Of a stretch of DNA of 64,000 nt, positions 11,636-25,567 are shown one piece after another. This DNA comes from the human T2T-CHM13v2.0 reference genome, Homo sapiens. The stretch lies in the NCBI RefSeq assembly GCF_009914755.1, contig NC_060925.1. One strand, 5' to 3'. How positions within the stretch are numbered: the stretch's first letter is position 1; each line of letters starts with the position of its first letter. The notes beneath the pieces were generated by a model. It did no database searches. It was not told the origin of the DNA and saw only the letters and a program-made list of their open reading frames with translations. The position numbers were made by a program, and so were the translations under genes.

Positions 11636-14289
11636 TAATCATAATTGGATGATTTTTTTGTTTACAGTAGTTAGAAAATTTTAAGTTAGATTAATTTATC
11701 AACAAAGTGGGAGAGGGTGGAAGAGGCCACACACAGAGGTTAAAAAAAAAAAAGTGCAGAAAACTGTTCTTTGAATAATTAGGTGTTTTGTTCTCAGAAA
11801 ACTCAGTTTGTTTCATAAAAGACCCCAAAACTCTGCCTGGCTTTGCCCTTTCCTGGTTAGAAAAATTAAAGAAAAATGTCACTCTTTGTTTCCGGCTCTT
11901 TGTCTTGGTTGAATTTGGACCCCTAAATACAAAGTACAGCTGTGATCCAAATAAGTTTTTCCACCAAAGCCTACACTCCACTTGCAAATACATCCTTCCT
12001 AGTCCATTGTTTTTCCTTCCTCGTTGGAAAGAATTTAAAATCTCATCAAAAGTACCAGGCTTTCCCAGCAAGTCACACATCCCCAAAGCCAGGTTCAATC
12101 ACACCTCTCGGCAAAAAAGAACCCACTCTGGAAAGAGAGGGACAGCAGCTCCTCAGCACTGCGTAAATTAATATCACAGCTGCCACTTTCATAAGAAAAT
12201 CAAAACCAGCTTTTCGGTTTGTAAACATACACTTCACAGACCCACTGTAGGATAGAATGCTCCTAAGTATTCTGAATTTGCAACACCCAGAAAAACCTCC
12301 AGAGTGTTATTTATAGTATTTGCTTCATAGGGAGGAGAATTAATGTTTCAGTGGTTTAAGGAACAAACACAGACATAGGAAAGAAAGCAAGCAAATTATT
12401 TAATGATTACTTTTTAAAAATATGTCACTGTGGAGAAAAGTGTTTAGAGATATATTCAAGGCCCATGTCACTGTATGACACTTCTTCATTATCACTTCAA
12501 TAGCAGTGAATCCAGGGGGTGGGAGCACAAATTCTTGCTATTTGTGTCTTCCATGTAACACTTCATACAAAAAATAATGACTTTAGTCCTTTAAGCCCCA
12601 CCCCAATATTTTAGAAAATATTATGTTCTTGCCTTAAAACAGTGCTTTTGTGCATCTCAAACATTTGATGCACTGTTTGCAGCAGTAATATTGAATGAGC
12701 ATTTAATTGTGTTTCACCATTCTTAATGATGATCAATAATATGTTCTTCCCATATTCCACCTTAAAAAAAAAAAAACACTTACAATGGGATAAAATAAAA
12801 ACACATCAACGGAAAGATTGTCTTCAGTTGGCAATGCTGGGTGAATTTTAAATTTCCCTTTTCACAATGCAGCCATTGCTATGAAACTCTGAGGGCGGAT
12901 TAATGCTTTTCTGGTACTTCAATGTATCAGAACATGGATTTGCCGACAACAGCTGCAGCAAATTCCTCTGACTGAGAAGAATTACAAGTATTATCACCTA
13001 GATCATTAAACTGGGTTCATAGATTGCAGAATGTCTTCAATCAATTCATCTAAGATAACTTGAAGCCAGCTGGACCCCCTCAGTGAGAACTTGACTTAAT
13101 TGGCCAATAAGTGGCTGAAAAAGGTGCATGCTATTTGATAAAATTACCGAGTGAGCAAGTGGTTACAGTTTGGAGAAGCACCGACGGTAGACTGCAGGTC
13201 AGCCCTTTCGGGGAGGGCTAAGTTAATGTCCACTATTAAGTGCTGCTGTGAAAAATGGTGGCTTGCATGGAGCTCAGATGGAAAAGAGGATCCAGGTCAG
13301 GCTTCAGCTGATGGAGTGGGCAAGAGGCACACATTTATCATCTCTTTGGCCTCATTTCTGCCTTGGTAATAGTCCCACACTAACCACTCTGCCGTTGCCT
13401 GGTTTTCTGTCTCCCTTCCATTTTATTGGCATAACTAAAAATATTGTCCTAGCCAATGAATCCATCTGGAAGGAAAAACCACTTTTTCCTCAATAGTGTC
13501 CCAAGGGTCTTTTCCACAGGAAGGTTAAAGAATCAAGAAGAACACGCCATTTATACATACATATCGATAATTATTCTCTTCCTCTAGTGAGGAGAGTGAA
13601 GTATTATTATTTGCCTATGGCATGTGTCTACATATTACCAGAGGAGTTTAAGAAAATGGGTAAATCAAAAGTAAAATATGTTACCAGCCTGTTGGCAAAA
13701 AATATTAAGTAAAAACAACCCTTCATGTTGAAACAAAGGTTTCTTAACATTTCTTCCATGGCATTTTTTTTCCTGCCACTAAACGTTTTAGCCAGTTTGC
13801 AAAAAAATAAAACTTTTGACAGATTTAGTTCAAGATTTCAGGTTAACAGACCTGCAACAACACATTGTCACTTGAATTATTGGTGTTAGACAATAATGCA
13901 GTATTATGCAGGGGAAGTCCCAAGATGAAGGTTCCAGTACACAGTGTACTCATTTATTCTTATCCAGAAATCGACCTGTTTCATGGATTTTTACTAAACA
14001 ACGTAATTTTACTACATAATAAACAGCATTGGGGTTTTCCACAAGCAGAAAGATGGAAAATAATTCAAACTGCCTAAGCTATCACACATATTTTAAATCT
14101 GCCTGGTCTTCATAAGATAAATGAGTTCATCAGCTTGCAAATGCCAGTTGCATCGCTAGTATCCCTTCAATTCTATTTGTTAACTTACTTTTGGAAGTAA
14201 GATCAATGGTTCTGAGCTTTGGTTTCCTCATTAGTGTGTCATTTGGGCAGACATACTATGTACTACGGAAGAAGTTGGCCTGCTCCACT

Positions 14290-14630
14290 CTGGCGCCACA
14301 GGCCTTCTTTCCAAGTGGGAAATATACGCACACCTTGGAGCCTCTGCACCTACTCTTCTCTCTACCTGGAAAACTCTTCCTCCAGTCTTCAGGCATGTGT
14401 TCATATGTCACAGACAGACCTTCCCAGGCAGTCTATGTAAAATGGCTACTCACCAACTTTCCCTGTTTCTTGCCCTGTTTCACCACTATTGATGTCATAT
14501 CATACATTTAGATTCTTATTTTATATCTGCATCACTAGAATATGAGCTCTGTAAAGATCAGGTCATAGTTGGTCTTGTTCATATCTATATCCCCAGATTA
14601 TATGCTCAATATACATGAATGAGTGAATAT
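14290..14630 (+). mobile_element. L2 LINE 3' end
   Basis: CACTAGAATATGAGCTCTGTAAAGATCAGG...TGCTCAATATACATGAATGAGTGAAT. Confidence 0.75.
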
Positions 14631-15149
14631 CTTATCCAAGAGTCACCAAGAATGAAATCCGTAGGTTACCATAAAGACAAGCCAACACATGCTCACCAGA
14701 GGCATTCCCAAGTAAAAATTTCTTGTTAGATACCAAGGTAGTTCGAGATCATGTCTAGTATGATTTCATTGCTGTGCAGCTCATCACCCTTCTCAAGATC
14801 CACATGTCCCCCAGGGCCCTGCCACAGTCTGGTTTATTTCTCCTTGAAGCCTTTTCCCACTGCTCTTGCCTTTCGTCTCTCCATGCTGTCCCAGCCCTCT
14901 CGTTTGTCATTGCTCCTCCTCTGGCTCCATCTTTCATCAGGCTTGCTCTTCATTTTTCTTTATAGTTTCATGTCCCCATATCATTTTCCCAGTTAATTGA
15001 AGACAAGAAATAGGCTCATTGAAGGCAAGAAATGGGTTCCAGATAATCTTTCTCAGTCCTCATTGTTTCAGTCTTATAAAAGGTACATAGTAAACACGTG
15101 TAAAATTGGAAGGTTTTCAAACAGAAGCCATTGATTTGCATGGCAAAAG

Positions 15150-15390
15150 CAGCTAACATTTACCTACAGCCTAGTCAGCCAGGCAATGTGCATCCCATTT
15201 ATGGAATAAAACAATGTCATTTAATCCTCCCAGCCACCATAGAGGTAGTTACTATTGTTGCCTCCACCTTACAAATGAGGAACACAAGACCTAGAGAAGT
15301 AAAGTGTTTGGATCGGGTGCCATGAAGATGTGGCGTGCACCTGGACTCAAACAAACCCTGGTCTTTCTGCCCCAGAGTCTGAGCTCTTAA
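15150..15390 (-). mobile_element. MIR SINE
   Basis: TCATTTAATCCTC...TTACAAATGAGGAACACAAGACCTAGAGAAGTAAAGTG. Confidence 0.75.
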
Positions 15391-16671
15391 GCGTGTTGTT
15401 CTGTTGCATTTGCGACTTGCAGGCTTTAGGCTTCTCTGTGAATGCATCTTTACTTAGGTCCCAGATCTTTCAAGGACAAATTGAAAGTCAAACATATTCT
15501 GCAAGTATATGTTTTAAGTTGTCTTATTTTTATCATAGCCATGAACTATTTCCAACTAATGAGAAAGCAAGTCGTTTTCAACACAGCAGCTTAGAAATCA
15601 ACATCTTATGAAACCTCAATCTGCACTGATTTTCTAAATAGCAGAATTTCACCTCCACACCACCAATCTCCTGCTTCTAAAATATTTCTTCAGAGTGATA
15701 TCAAAGAAAAATAAGGCAGGAGGTAGGGAATCATCTTCACAAGCTTTTTGATGACCACATTGTTGCTCTATCAGCTGTTTGAAATGGAAATCACCTTCCA
15801 GGTGGGAAAGCGAAGTGGAGGTTATAATTTCCACCTCCCATGGTTTATTCCTAGAGTATTTTAGTGAAGAGTTAAATCAGAGAGCACTGGACTGGTGCAC
15901 ACATTTTTCTGTTACCCTGAGATCTTTTGGGTGAAAGGGCAGCACTGAATTAAGCATTTAGTGTATTCAAAATCTGTGACCCAGAGCTGGTGTCTGAAAG
16001 TGTCATTGATAATAGGGCTGGAAGCACATTATACTTTCCTGGTACTTATCTTATCTTGCCTCAGACAATCTACTCCAGAAGTCATAATTATCCCACTAGG
16101 AAAACTGTCCCATTGTCTGCTAGTCTTTACTGGCAGGAAGTTTTTCTTGCTCTCTCCATCTGTATCCTTTCTCAGCAGGACCCATTATTTCTCATTTAAT
16201 TAGTAGCACTTGATATAAACAGCCCTTTCCTCTCCATTTATGTTGTTTTCATTTAAATCATTACAAAGTGCGATGTTCCCACTCCCTATAGGCACATGTT
16301 TTATAGGCTGAGAAAGAGGATTGCAAGCCACAGGCTTCAGTTAATCTTTCAAGCATGACTCCACCTTTTTCAAATGACCAAGACAGATACCTTTGTGCTA
16401 ATGATGGACCTTCAGGAACATGGGCAATTACCCTGTTTCCTCTAGGAATGGATATAGATAGGAAGTGGCTGGCAGGCAGATGGAGCAAGCTACCCAAACC
16501 ACCCAATGACACAGTTGTTGATGTGGTCTACTGGAACATCTGCTCTGGGCAGGACATCAGGCAGGTGCTATAGATACAAGGGTGGATAAGATGCAGGACT
16601 TCCCTCATGGGGCTTGCAGTCTTACAATCTAGACACCACTACAGAAGAGAGGCTTGGGTCAAGGCTCTTGG

Positions 16672-17423
16672 ACAGTGCTCAAAATTTATGTGCATATGAA
16701 ATTATGGGAGATTTTGTTAAAAGACAGATTCTGATTCAGTAGATCTGGATGGGGCCTTCTTGTTTTAATTTTTAATTATTATGGATATGTAATAGTTGTA
16801 CATATGATACATGTGATATTTAATACAAGCATACAACATGTAATGATCAAATTAGCATAATTGGGGTATCCATCACATCAAGCATATACCCTTTCTTTGT
16901 GTTAGGAACTTTCCAATTCCACTTTTTTTGTTATTTTAAATTATGCAATAAACTATTGTTAACTATAGTCTCCCTATTATGCTACTGGACACTAGGTCTT
17001 ATTCCTTCCTAACTGTAATTTTGTACTCATTAACCATTGCTCTTTATCCTCTCTCTCCACCACCTTTCCTAGTTCCTGAGAGGTAACCATCATTCTACTC
17101 TCTGACTCCATGAGTTCGATTTTTTAAATCTCCCACATATTAATGAGAACATGGGATATTTGTCTTTGTGTGTCTGGTTTATTTCATTTAATATAGTGTC
17201 TTCCAGTTCCATCCCTGCTGTTGAAAATGACAGGATTCCATTCTTTTTTACAGCTGAATAGTAGAAAATACGGTACATGGATGATTTCCTTTTTTTTCTG
17301 GTATGTCAGATTTCACAGCCTTTTATTTTCCTATTACATTTTAGAGTCTGCATTTCTAACACACTCCCAGGTGACATGATGCTGATGTTGCTGCCCCAAA
17401 GACCACAGCTTGAGTAGCAAAGG
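16672..17423. mobile_element. MER5-type hAT-Charlie MITE split by an L1
   Basis: First half TTGTTAAAAGACAGATTCTGATTCAGTAGATCTGGATGGGGCC (to about 16757); second half GAGTCTGCATTTCTAACACACTCCCAGGTGA...TTGAGTAGCAAAGG (17344-17423). Confidence 0.75.
16763..17280 (-). mobile_element. L1MA-type 3' end
   Basis: TAATAGTTGTACATAT...TGTAATGATCAAATTAG; the minus ORF 17090-17278 resembles a translation of the L1 3' region (GMELEDTILNEINQ). Confidence 0.85.
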
Positions 17424-17659
17424 GTCTAGAGAGTGAGATCGAGACTCATCTCGGCATCTTGGCTGCCAAGTGAACGTTTTGCATTTGGGCAGTTTCCTTA
17501 GAAAAGTGAAGTTTTACCATCTGGCAAATGGGGCTCTAATATCATGCCGCCAAGTTTTTGTGAAGCCAAATAAGTGTAAAAACATTTGATAAATTTTTAT
17601 GTGCTGTACATATCTATAGTATTACAAGGAAATTATATTATTGCACTCTGCATTTTTGA

Positions 17660-18004
<345 letters not shown>

Positions 18005-18367
18005 TAACCAAAATCTGATGTTACATTGTTTTGAGGTGATCACTTCCATGTCTCTTAAACCGGACTTTCAAAGCAAATGTCTTTAACTTTAAGACCAGGG
18101 GAGTTGTGTTTCCAAGTTAGAATGCCATAGGAAAAGCACATTTCTATGGTTAAAGCACCAGCACATTTTGACTTCACTGTGAAACATCATGGGCACCAGG
18201 CACCACCATAAAATGGTCTTTGGATGGAACTTGAATTTTTTGATACTTTTATTAAAAAGGACTAGGACATCTATTTGGCTGGGAAATATTGATATTGGGG
18301 ATAATTTTAAGTACATTAAAATTATGTACTTAAAGTACTTTAAGTACATTAAAGTAAATTAAAAAAT

Positions 18368-18649
18368 GTGGGCACGGTTGCTCACACCTATAATCCTAAC
18401 ACTTGGGGAGGCCAAGGCAGGAGGATCACTTGAGGTCAGGAGTTAGAGACCAGCCTGGCCAACGTGGTGAAACCCCATCTCTACCAAAAATACAAAAATT
18501 GGTCGGGCATGGTAGTGGGTGTTTGTAATCCCAGCTACTCAGGAGGCTGAGGCAGGAGAATTGCTTGAACTCAGGAGGCGGAGGTTGCAGTGAGCCGAGA
18601 TCGCACCACTACACTCCAGCCTGGGTGACAGAATGAGACTGCATCTCAA

Positions 18650-18699
<50 letters not shown>
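18368..18699 (+). mobile_element. Full-length Alu with (AAT)n microsatellite tail
   Basis: Alu body; tail AATAATAAT... at about 18649-18699. Confidence 0.96.
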
Positions 18700-18744
18700 A
18701 TTTTAAAGCCTTGGGTTTCTCTGTTATTCAGTGAGGTTATAGGC

Positions 18745-18910
18745 AAGGGTTTTGGTTTGCAACATATCAGCAGTATAACCTAGGGCAAGTTACTTATCCT
18801 CTCTAAGTTTCCTATACTGCAAAATGGGCATGATAACACTTCCTAATTAAGGATGTTATGAAGATTAAATAAACCAATGCATTAAGGGACTGAGGTACAT
18901 AGCAAACTAA
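18745..18910 (+). mobile_element. MIR SINE
   Basis: AACCTAGGGCAAGTTACTTATCCTCTCTAAGTTTCC...AAAATGGG...GTTATGAAGATTAAAT. Confidence 0.7.
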
Positions 18911-19555
18911 TATCAATGCCTACTTCTCTTTACCAGTGTTTGGAAGAACTAAATCTGGCCTTTTTCTGAGTCAACTGGGATCTTACACACATTCTGGCTC
19001 CTCCTTTAGCCAAATGCCCTGTCCTGGGCCCATTCCCCCTTCTTCTGTGGGTTCCCATTTAGATTGCATGCTGATATTTTAAAAAACCAAGGATATTCCT
19101 TTTTTTTTAGTAAGAAAATAAAGATTTAATAATTCATATTCATTATGATTGCAGTGTTTTCCCAAATTGTTTCTCATGTGGTAAAATACATATAACAAAT
19201 TACCACTTTAGCCATTTTTAAGCATACAGGTTAGTGGTATTAAATACATTCATAATATTATGTGACCATCACCACCATCCATCTCCAAAGCTCTTTTCCT
19301 CTTGTTAAATTGAAACTCTGTACCCATTTAACAATAACTCCTCATTTCTCCCTCCCCCAGACCTGGCAACCATCATTTTACTTTCTATCTCTCTGATTTT
19401 CACTGCTCGAAGTACCTCATATAATTGGAATCATACAGCATATGTCTTTTTGTGACTGGCTTATTTTACTTAGTGTAAAGTCATCTGAGTTCATCCACGT
19501 TGTAGTACGTGTCAAAACTTTCTTCATTTTTAAGGCTGAATAAGATTCCATTGCA

Positions 19556-19857
19556 GGCTGGGCGCAGTGACTCATGCCTGTAATCTCAGCACTTTGGGAG
19601 GCCGAGATGGGAGGATCACCTGAGGTCAGGAGTTCAAGACCAGCCTGGCCAACAGGGTGAAACCCCGTCTCTGTTAAAAATACAAAAATTAGCTGGATGC
19701 AATAGCGCGTGCCTGTAATCCCAGCTACTTGGAAGGCTGAGGCATGAGAATACCTTAAACTCAGGAGGCAGAGTTTGCAGTGAGCCGAGATCGCACCTCT
19801 GCACTCCAGCCTGGGAGACAGAGCGAGACTCCATCTCAAAAAAAAAAAAAAAAAAAA
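19556..19857 (+). mobile_element. Full-length Alu (AluSx-like)
   Basis: 14-bp TSD AAGATTCCATTGCA at 19542-19555 and 19858-19871. Confidence 0.97.
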
Positions 19858-19920
19858 AAGATTCCATTGCATGTACAAACCACATTTTGCTTATCCATTC
19901 ATCTATCAATGGACACTTGG

Positions 19921-20285
19921 TGATATGGTTTGGGCTGTGTCCCCAACCAAATCTCATCTTTAACTGTAGCTCCCATAATCCCCATGTGTCATGGGAGGGA
20001 CCAGGTGGGAGGTATTTGAATCATGGAGGTGGATTTTCCCATGCTGTTCTCGTGATAGTGAATAAATCTCACAAGATCTGATGGTTTTATAAAGGGCAAC
20101 TCCCCTGCAAATGCTCTCTGGCCTGCCGCCATGTAAGGGGTGCCTTTGCTCCTCCTTTGCCTTCCACCACGATTGTGAGGCCTCCCCAGCCATGTGGAAC
20201 TGTGAGTCCATTAAACGTCTTTTTCTTTATAAATTACCCAGTCTTGGTTATGTCTTTATTAGCAGTGTGAGAACAGACTAATACA
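19921..20285 (+). mobile_element. THE1 (MaLR) solo LTR
   Basis: TGATATGGTTTGG...ATTAAA...GAACAGACTAATACA; 5-bp TSD CTTGG/CTTGA. Confidence 0.95.
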
Positions 20286-20504
20286 CTTGAGTTGCTCCCA
20301 CATTTTAGCTATTGTGTATAATACTGCTGGGAACATGGGTGTATACATATCTCTTTGAGACCCTGAACCAGGCTTATTTGAAACCTCAATCTTGAAGAAA
20401 CTGATCTGGCTAAGAATGAAGATTATTTGTAGTATCCAGAGCTACACTGTCCATGTGAAAAACTAGTATGAAGATGGAGAAGGGGAAAAAACAAGCTATC
20501 GAAA

Positions 20505-20680
20505 CTGTTGAGCATATTACATATTGGGCACTAGGCTGAACACCATACAAACATTACCTGTGCCCTCAGCTCCACTTTCCAGATGAGGAAACCGAGGTTC
20601 AATGATGATACGCAACTTAGCCAAGAGCCATGGACGATAATATTTGAACTCACCCACTTAACTCCAAGGTCTGTGATTTC
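20505..20680 (-). mobile_element. MIR SINE
   Basis: TTTCCAGATGAGGAAACCGAGGTTCA...AACTTAGCCAAG. Confidence 0.7.
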
Positions 20681-20879
20681 AAAAACAGTTTCATATGCCT
20701 TGGTCATGTGATGCTACCTGCCTGTGAAGGAGAAGTATCTGTACCCTGCTCCTGCTGCCACTTTGTGCCCAACACACCCTAAGAGGACACCAAGGTCAAA
20801 GAGGTCTGCGAGTATCTACTGCTTCAGTGCCCACCGGTCAGCATGGAGATGGATTAGTTTGTCACTGTGTCTTACCTGT

Positions 20880-21460
20880 CTGTTGTAGGTCAGGGTTCCC
20901 CAGGAAAAAGACTCTGAGATTTGTGCATAAGAGATTCATCAGGAAGTGCTCTATGGAACAATATCTGTGAGGAATGAGGGATGCAGGAGAAACACCTCAC
21001 CCAATCCCACAGGGCACTCTGATACCAGGATGGCCCTTGTGAATTATACCACCTTGAGGCAAGGGAGGAGGCAGACTTTTTTTGAGACAGGATCACGCTC
21101 TGTTGGCCACGCTGCAGTTCAATGATGTGATCATGGCTCACTGCAGCCTCAACCTCCTGGGCTCAAGTGATCCTCCCACCTCTGCCTCCTGAGTAGCTGG
21201 AACTACAGACATACACCACCACACCCAGCTAATTTAAAAAAATTTTTTTTGTAGAGGCGGGGTCTTGCTATGTTGCCTAGGCTGCACAGACTGTTAATCT
21301 CTCCTATTGACCATATTTCTGCAGGATGCTTGTGGTTGGGGATGGGGGCATGATTTTAATAACCCAAGGAGAGTGACTTAGCTGAGAGCCATCAGCCATC
21401 AAGAACTAGAGGGATGAGTGTGTCAGTCTAAGGGGAACTGGGTGGTCACTACAGCATTCA
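20880..21460 (-). mobile_element. Ancient ERVL/MaLR-class LTR relic interrupted by an Alu
   Basis: GTCAGGGTTCCCCAGGAAAAAGACTCTGAGATTTGTGC...GGGATGCAGGA...CCAATCCCACAGGG. Confidence 0.55.
21077..21284 (-). mobile_element. 5'-truncated AluJ-like
   Basis: TTTTTTGAGACAGGATCACGCTCTG...GGGTCTTGCTATGTTGCCTAGGCTG; CAGACT on both flanks. Confidence 0.92.
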
Positions 21461-24400
21461 CTATAATAGTCCCTTGCTTCTTGCCCCCTCCTCCTTCCTG
21501 GGCATTCTGTCCCATGCAAAGAGGTTAATTCTAGAGATTGGGAATGGGGGGATGGCAGTAATCACATCTCCTGGGATGTTACAAGCTGCATTCAGTCCTG
21601 TTCCTATCTGATAAATTATGTGATGGAGGTGGGGACAGGGGAATGGTACCCAGACTCCTGCCAGCTTGGTTGCAGCAGCACAGAAGCACATCTAATCCCA
21701 AAGCACCACACTTTGGGCGTTTTATTTGCATCCCTGGGATTTTTCAGTTTAAAAAAAAAAATTCCCTATGTGAGAAAAAAAAGGAGCCAGAAAATAGTCT
21801 AAAAGCACATTACCAGGAAATTGTTTCTACTGTGTTTATGACTGTTCTTAATGTTTTATGAATATGCTAAAAAAAATGCTCCGGCATATTTCCTTGGGCA
21901 CTCTAGTTAATTACTTATTCTGAGTGCTTCTACTCCATTCCCTGCAAAATGTGTTGTGCATTAATTCTGATTATGTACAAAAACCCACCTGCAAGGAAAA
22001 ACTCTGAATCAGTAATGCTGATAAAATGAGCAGCCCTCCTGGGGCTCCACTGAGAAGGAGGATACTGGACAGAATTAGAATCTTGTAGCTAGGGCTATTC
22101 ATAATGTCATTAACATAAAGGCAATTAAATGAGTTTTTAACCTACAACCCTTTATTGTTATTAATGAACATTAGAAAAACACAGGAGATAAAATTGGTAA
22201 TTATCTCTGCACCAAGCTATGCAATAATGTGTTTAAATATAAAAACAAAACAAATGATTATTGTTAGTATTTTCAGTAGCAGAAACCCCAGGAGCAGCTC
22301 CATCATATTTAATCACATGGGCCCACACCAAGAGGGTTAATTAAAAGAGGGTTTTTCCTTCTATGTGCCTGGTTGTTCAGTTTAATATGGAATCAGCAAA
22401 CGTAAATGTAAATTTGCAAAATGTCCTGAGCAGTTGTTTCTGCCTGCAGGTTAACCACCTTTACAGAAACACTGACTAATTCCTCCTCCTTCAGGACAAT
22501 GGTCTATGGCTCTGTAACTAAGTTTTTCCTTTCTGAAAAAATTACCTCACAACACTTTCAAAGCCCCTTTCAAGAACAACTGTATAAATCCAGGTTCATT
22601 GCCTAAGCTTGCTGTTCAATAAAAATAATTTAAGCATTTGAAGAGACATGTAGATTTAAAAAGTAATAATAAATGAGATCTCATCACTATGCCATATTCA
22701 AAGAGCCTCCAATTTATTTTTTTTCTTTCTTTATGCAAACTCTACAGCCTATAAATAAGCCCCCCTAGATAGAGCTTGTTTATGAGGATACAGCAGGTAA
22801 TGTATGGTGGAACACCCTGCATCTAATAATAGTTTTCCATTGATTAATGCAGTTTGTATAGCTTACAATTGAAAATGTTAGTATCACATCCCTTAAAATT
22901 TGTTCCAAACTGGCTTTGTTTCCAAAGCCCATTTTTAAGATGATGCATACTTCTAATTTGTCTTTACAGTGGAGCTCAGGGCAAACAATGCCACACAAAT
23001 GTGACCCTTGGAAACAGATTTTGAACAACTGCCATGGGGCAAAGCTAGTGCTTTTTGTGTTCACTTGATTTTTCTCATATATCCAATTCTACAAAATAAT
23101 ATAATAACTGCTGCTTATCTTTTTTAAAAATAAAATAACTGTAGCAACAACAGATTACATTTGCATATTACTTTACAGTTTACAGAACACTTTGAATAAC
23201 TGAGAGATACGGAGATGAAAATTATGACAACCCACATTCACTTTCATATTTCATAGGCCTCCTCTATCTCATACATTGTATTACATAGATCGAGCTTCCC
23301 TACCTATATGCAAACCCCTTAAGGGTTGAAAGTGAGCCACAAGTGCCAGGATCAGAATTTAGGTATGGGAAATAAAGGGGAGCAATTTTCTTTTTTAAAA
23401 GAAGTTGATTACGCCACCCAAAGCTGCTGGGGCTCAGAATTTAAGGCCAAGGATGAATCCCACCTGGCCAACTATCTGATAGATCATTAGAGGTAAAGTC
23501 AAGTTAATCAGCAACAGCATTGACGAGGCACAAGGTGAGCCCCTCAATTCTCTCCCAATCTGCATTTTAGAAGGAAGGAGATACCAGTGTCTGGGGCAGT
23601 GGAGTGAGGCAGAGCAGCAGGAATTGCTATAAGGTGCCACTCCCTTCCGTACCAGCTTGGTGCGCTGTGTCCTGGCTGGACTGAGGGAGCAACGCTGCAG
23701 GCAGCCCCAGGAGCACACACAGCTGCCCGGTCTGTTCTACATGGACCCATTGCCAGTGTCAGATAAGTCCACAGTAGTGCTTTTACCTTCTCAGTTCCAG
23801 ATTATGGTTCTCATAAAAGGCCAAGACACGTTCTCTGTCTGTAGTCACCCTTTGGCCACTGCCCTGAGCTGGGATCAAGTCACGACACATGGTGCTTCCC
23901 TGGGATCTAGGAAAGTCAGGCTGCGAGCAGGGGCCTTGACAGGATGGGTCTCTGTTTATGAAATATCTTTGTGCTGAAACTGTACTTTTAGATGTAGAGC
24001 AAGAGGTAAGTGACTTTTCGCTGTAAACTGAGAAAGGTTTCTTCGAACACACGGAGCTTTGGCGTAGGGGGTGGAAGGGGAGAAGTATTCATTAAAGCCA
24101 TTTGCATTTTCAAGTTCCATTATTCCTGATCCTTCAGAACATGCTGCCCGGCTGGTGCCTCTGCCATGTGGCAGACGCAAGCTCAAGGTCAACCTCCGGC
24201 TGTTAGCCAAACAATTGGGATCCGCAGAACACTAAACTTCCCCCTTTCTTGTCACCCTCCCTGGCTATTAACCACCCCTAGGGCACCCTCAGGGGCCGCA
24301 AATTTTCTCCTGGCGCCTCCTCTGACTTGTGAAAATTCTAGAGGCCTGTGAGGTGAATGAAGAGCAAGCACAGGGCCATATGCAGGGCCTTTGATGATCT

Positions 24401-25119
24401 GACATCAGACAGCCGAGGGAGGAGGGACGGTGGCTGGGTGGCTGCTGTATTGTCCACCCTTTGATTTGACTCATTCTGGCTGCCCTGCATGGCTGCTGCC
24501 AGTGGGCTGGCCAGAGAGAAGGTGGCCAAACAGCAGAACAATGGCACAGCCTTTCACAGCTGGAAAATCATTTTTTAAAGACCTCCAGGAGGCACCAGTT
24601 GGTCCTGGCAGCTGATATTTGATCTAGGGAGTGTGGAGCAGCTGATGCCAAAGTAGGAGTCTCCGGCCCCATTCCAACTGCAGGCTGGCTATGGAGCTGC
24701 TCGTTCACTCACCTTCCTTCTGCACCGAAAAAGCCTGGGGCATATCTCCATGCTACATCTCCTGTATTCAAAGACAGAGTCACCTGAGCTCTTCTACCCC
24801 TCCCTCCCCAGCCCAACACACACTCATTTTTCACCAAGCTCTCAGAAAGAAAAACAATAAACGCTATTCATAAGACAGATTTCTGCAAGAAAGAATGTCA
24901 ATTTCACATTCCAGATACTCCGAGAAACAGGAAAATTCTTTGCAAGTGGTCCTGCTTGGACAATTTTGATAGGCTATTTATCTATGCCCATGAGAGTGAC
25001 ACTCATTCACTTAAAAGTGACAGTTGCTTTTAAAAAAATACTAGTTTGATTACAATTTGTCTGGAGTCAGTGCAATTTGGTCTAAGTTTAAATGACTACA
25101 ATTAAGAGTGTATTATATT

Positions 25120-25567
<448 letters not shown>

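Larger units (their letters stand above)
19170..20366 (-). mobile_element. L1MB-type 3' end interrupted by an Alu and a THE1 LTR
   Basis: GTGGTAAAATACATATAAC...CCATCACCACCATCCATCTCC...; the L1 sequence resumes after each insertion. Confidence 0.85.

Noticed and set aside
11691-12171. Overlapping 135-aa and 127-aa ORFs
   Set aside because: No recognisable homology, low-complexity K/F content from A/T runs, and no splice context
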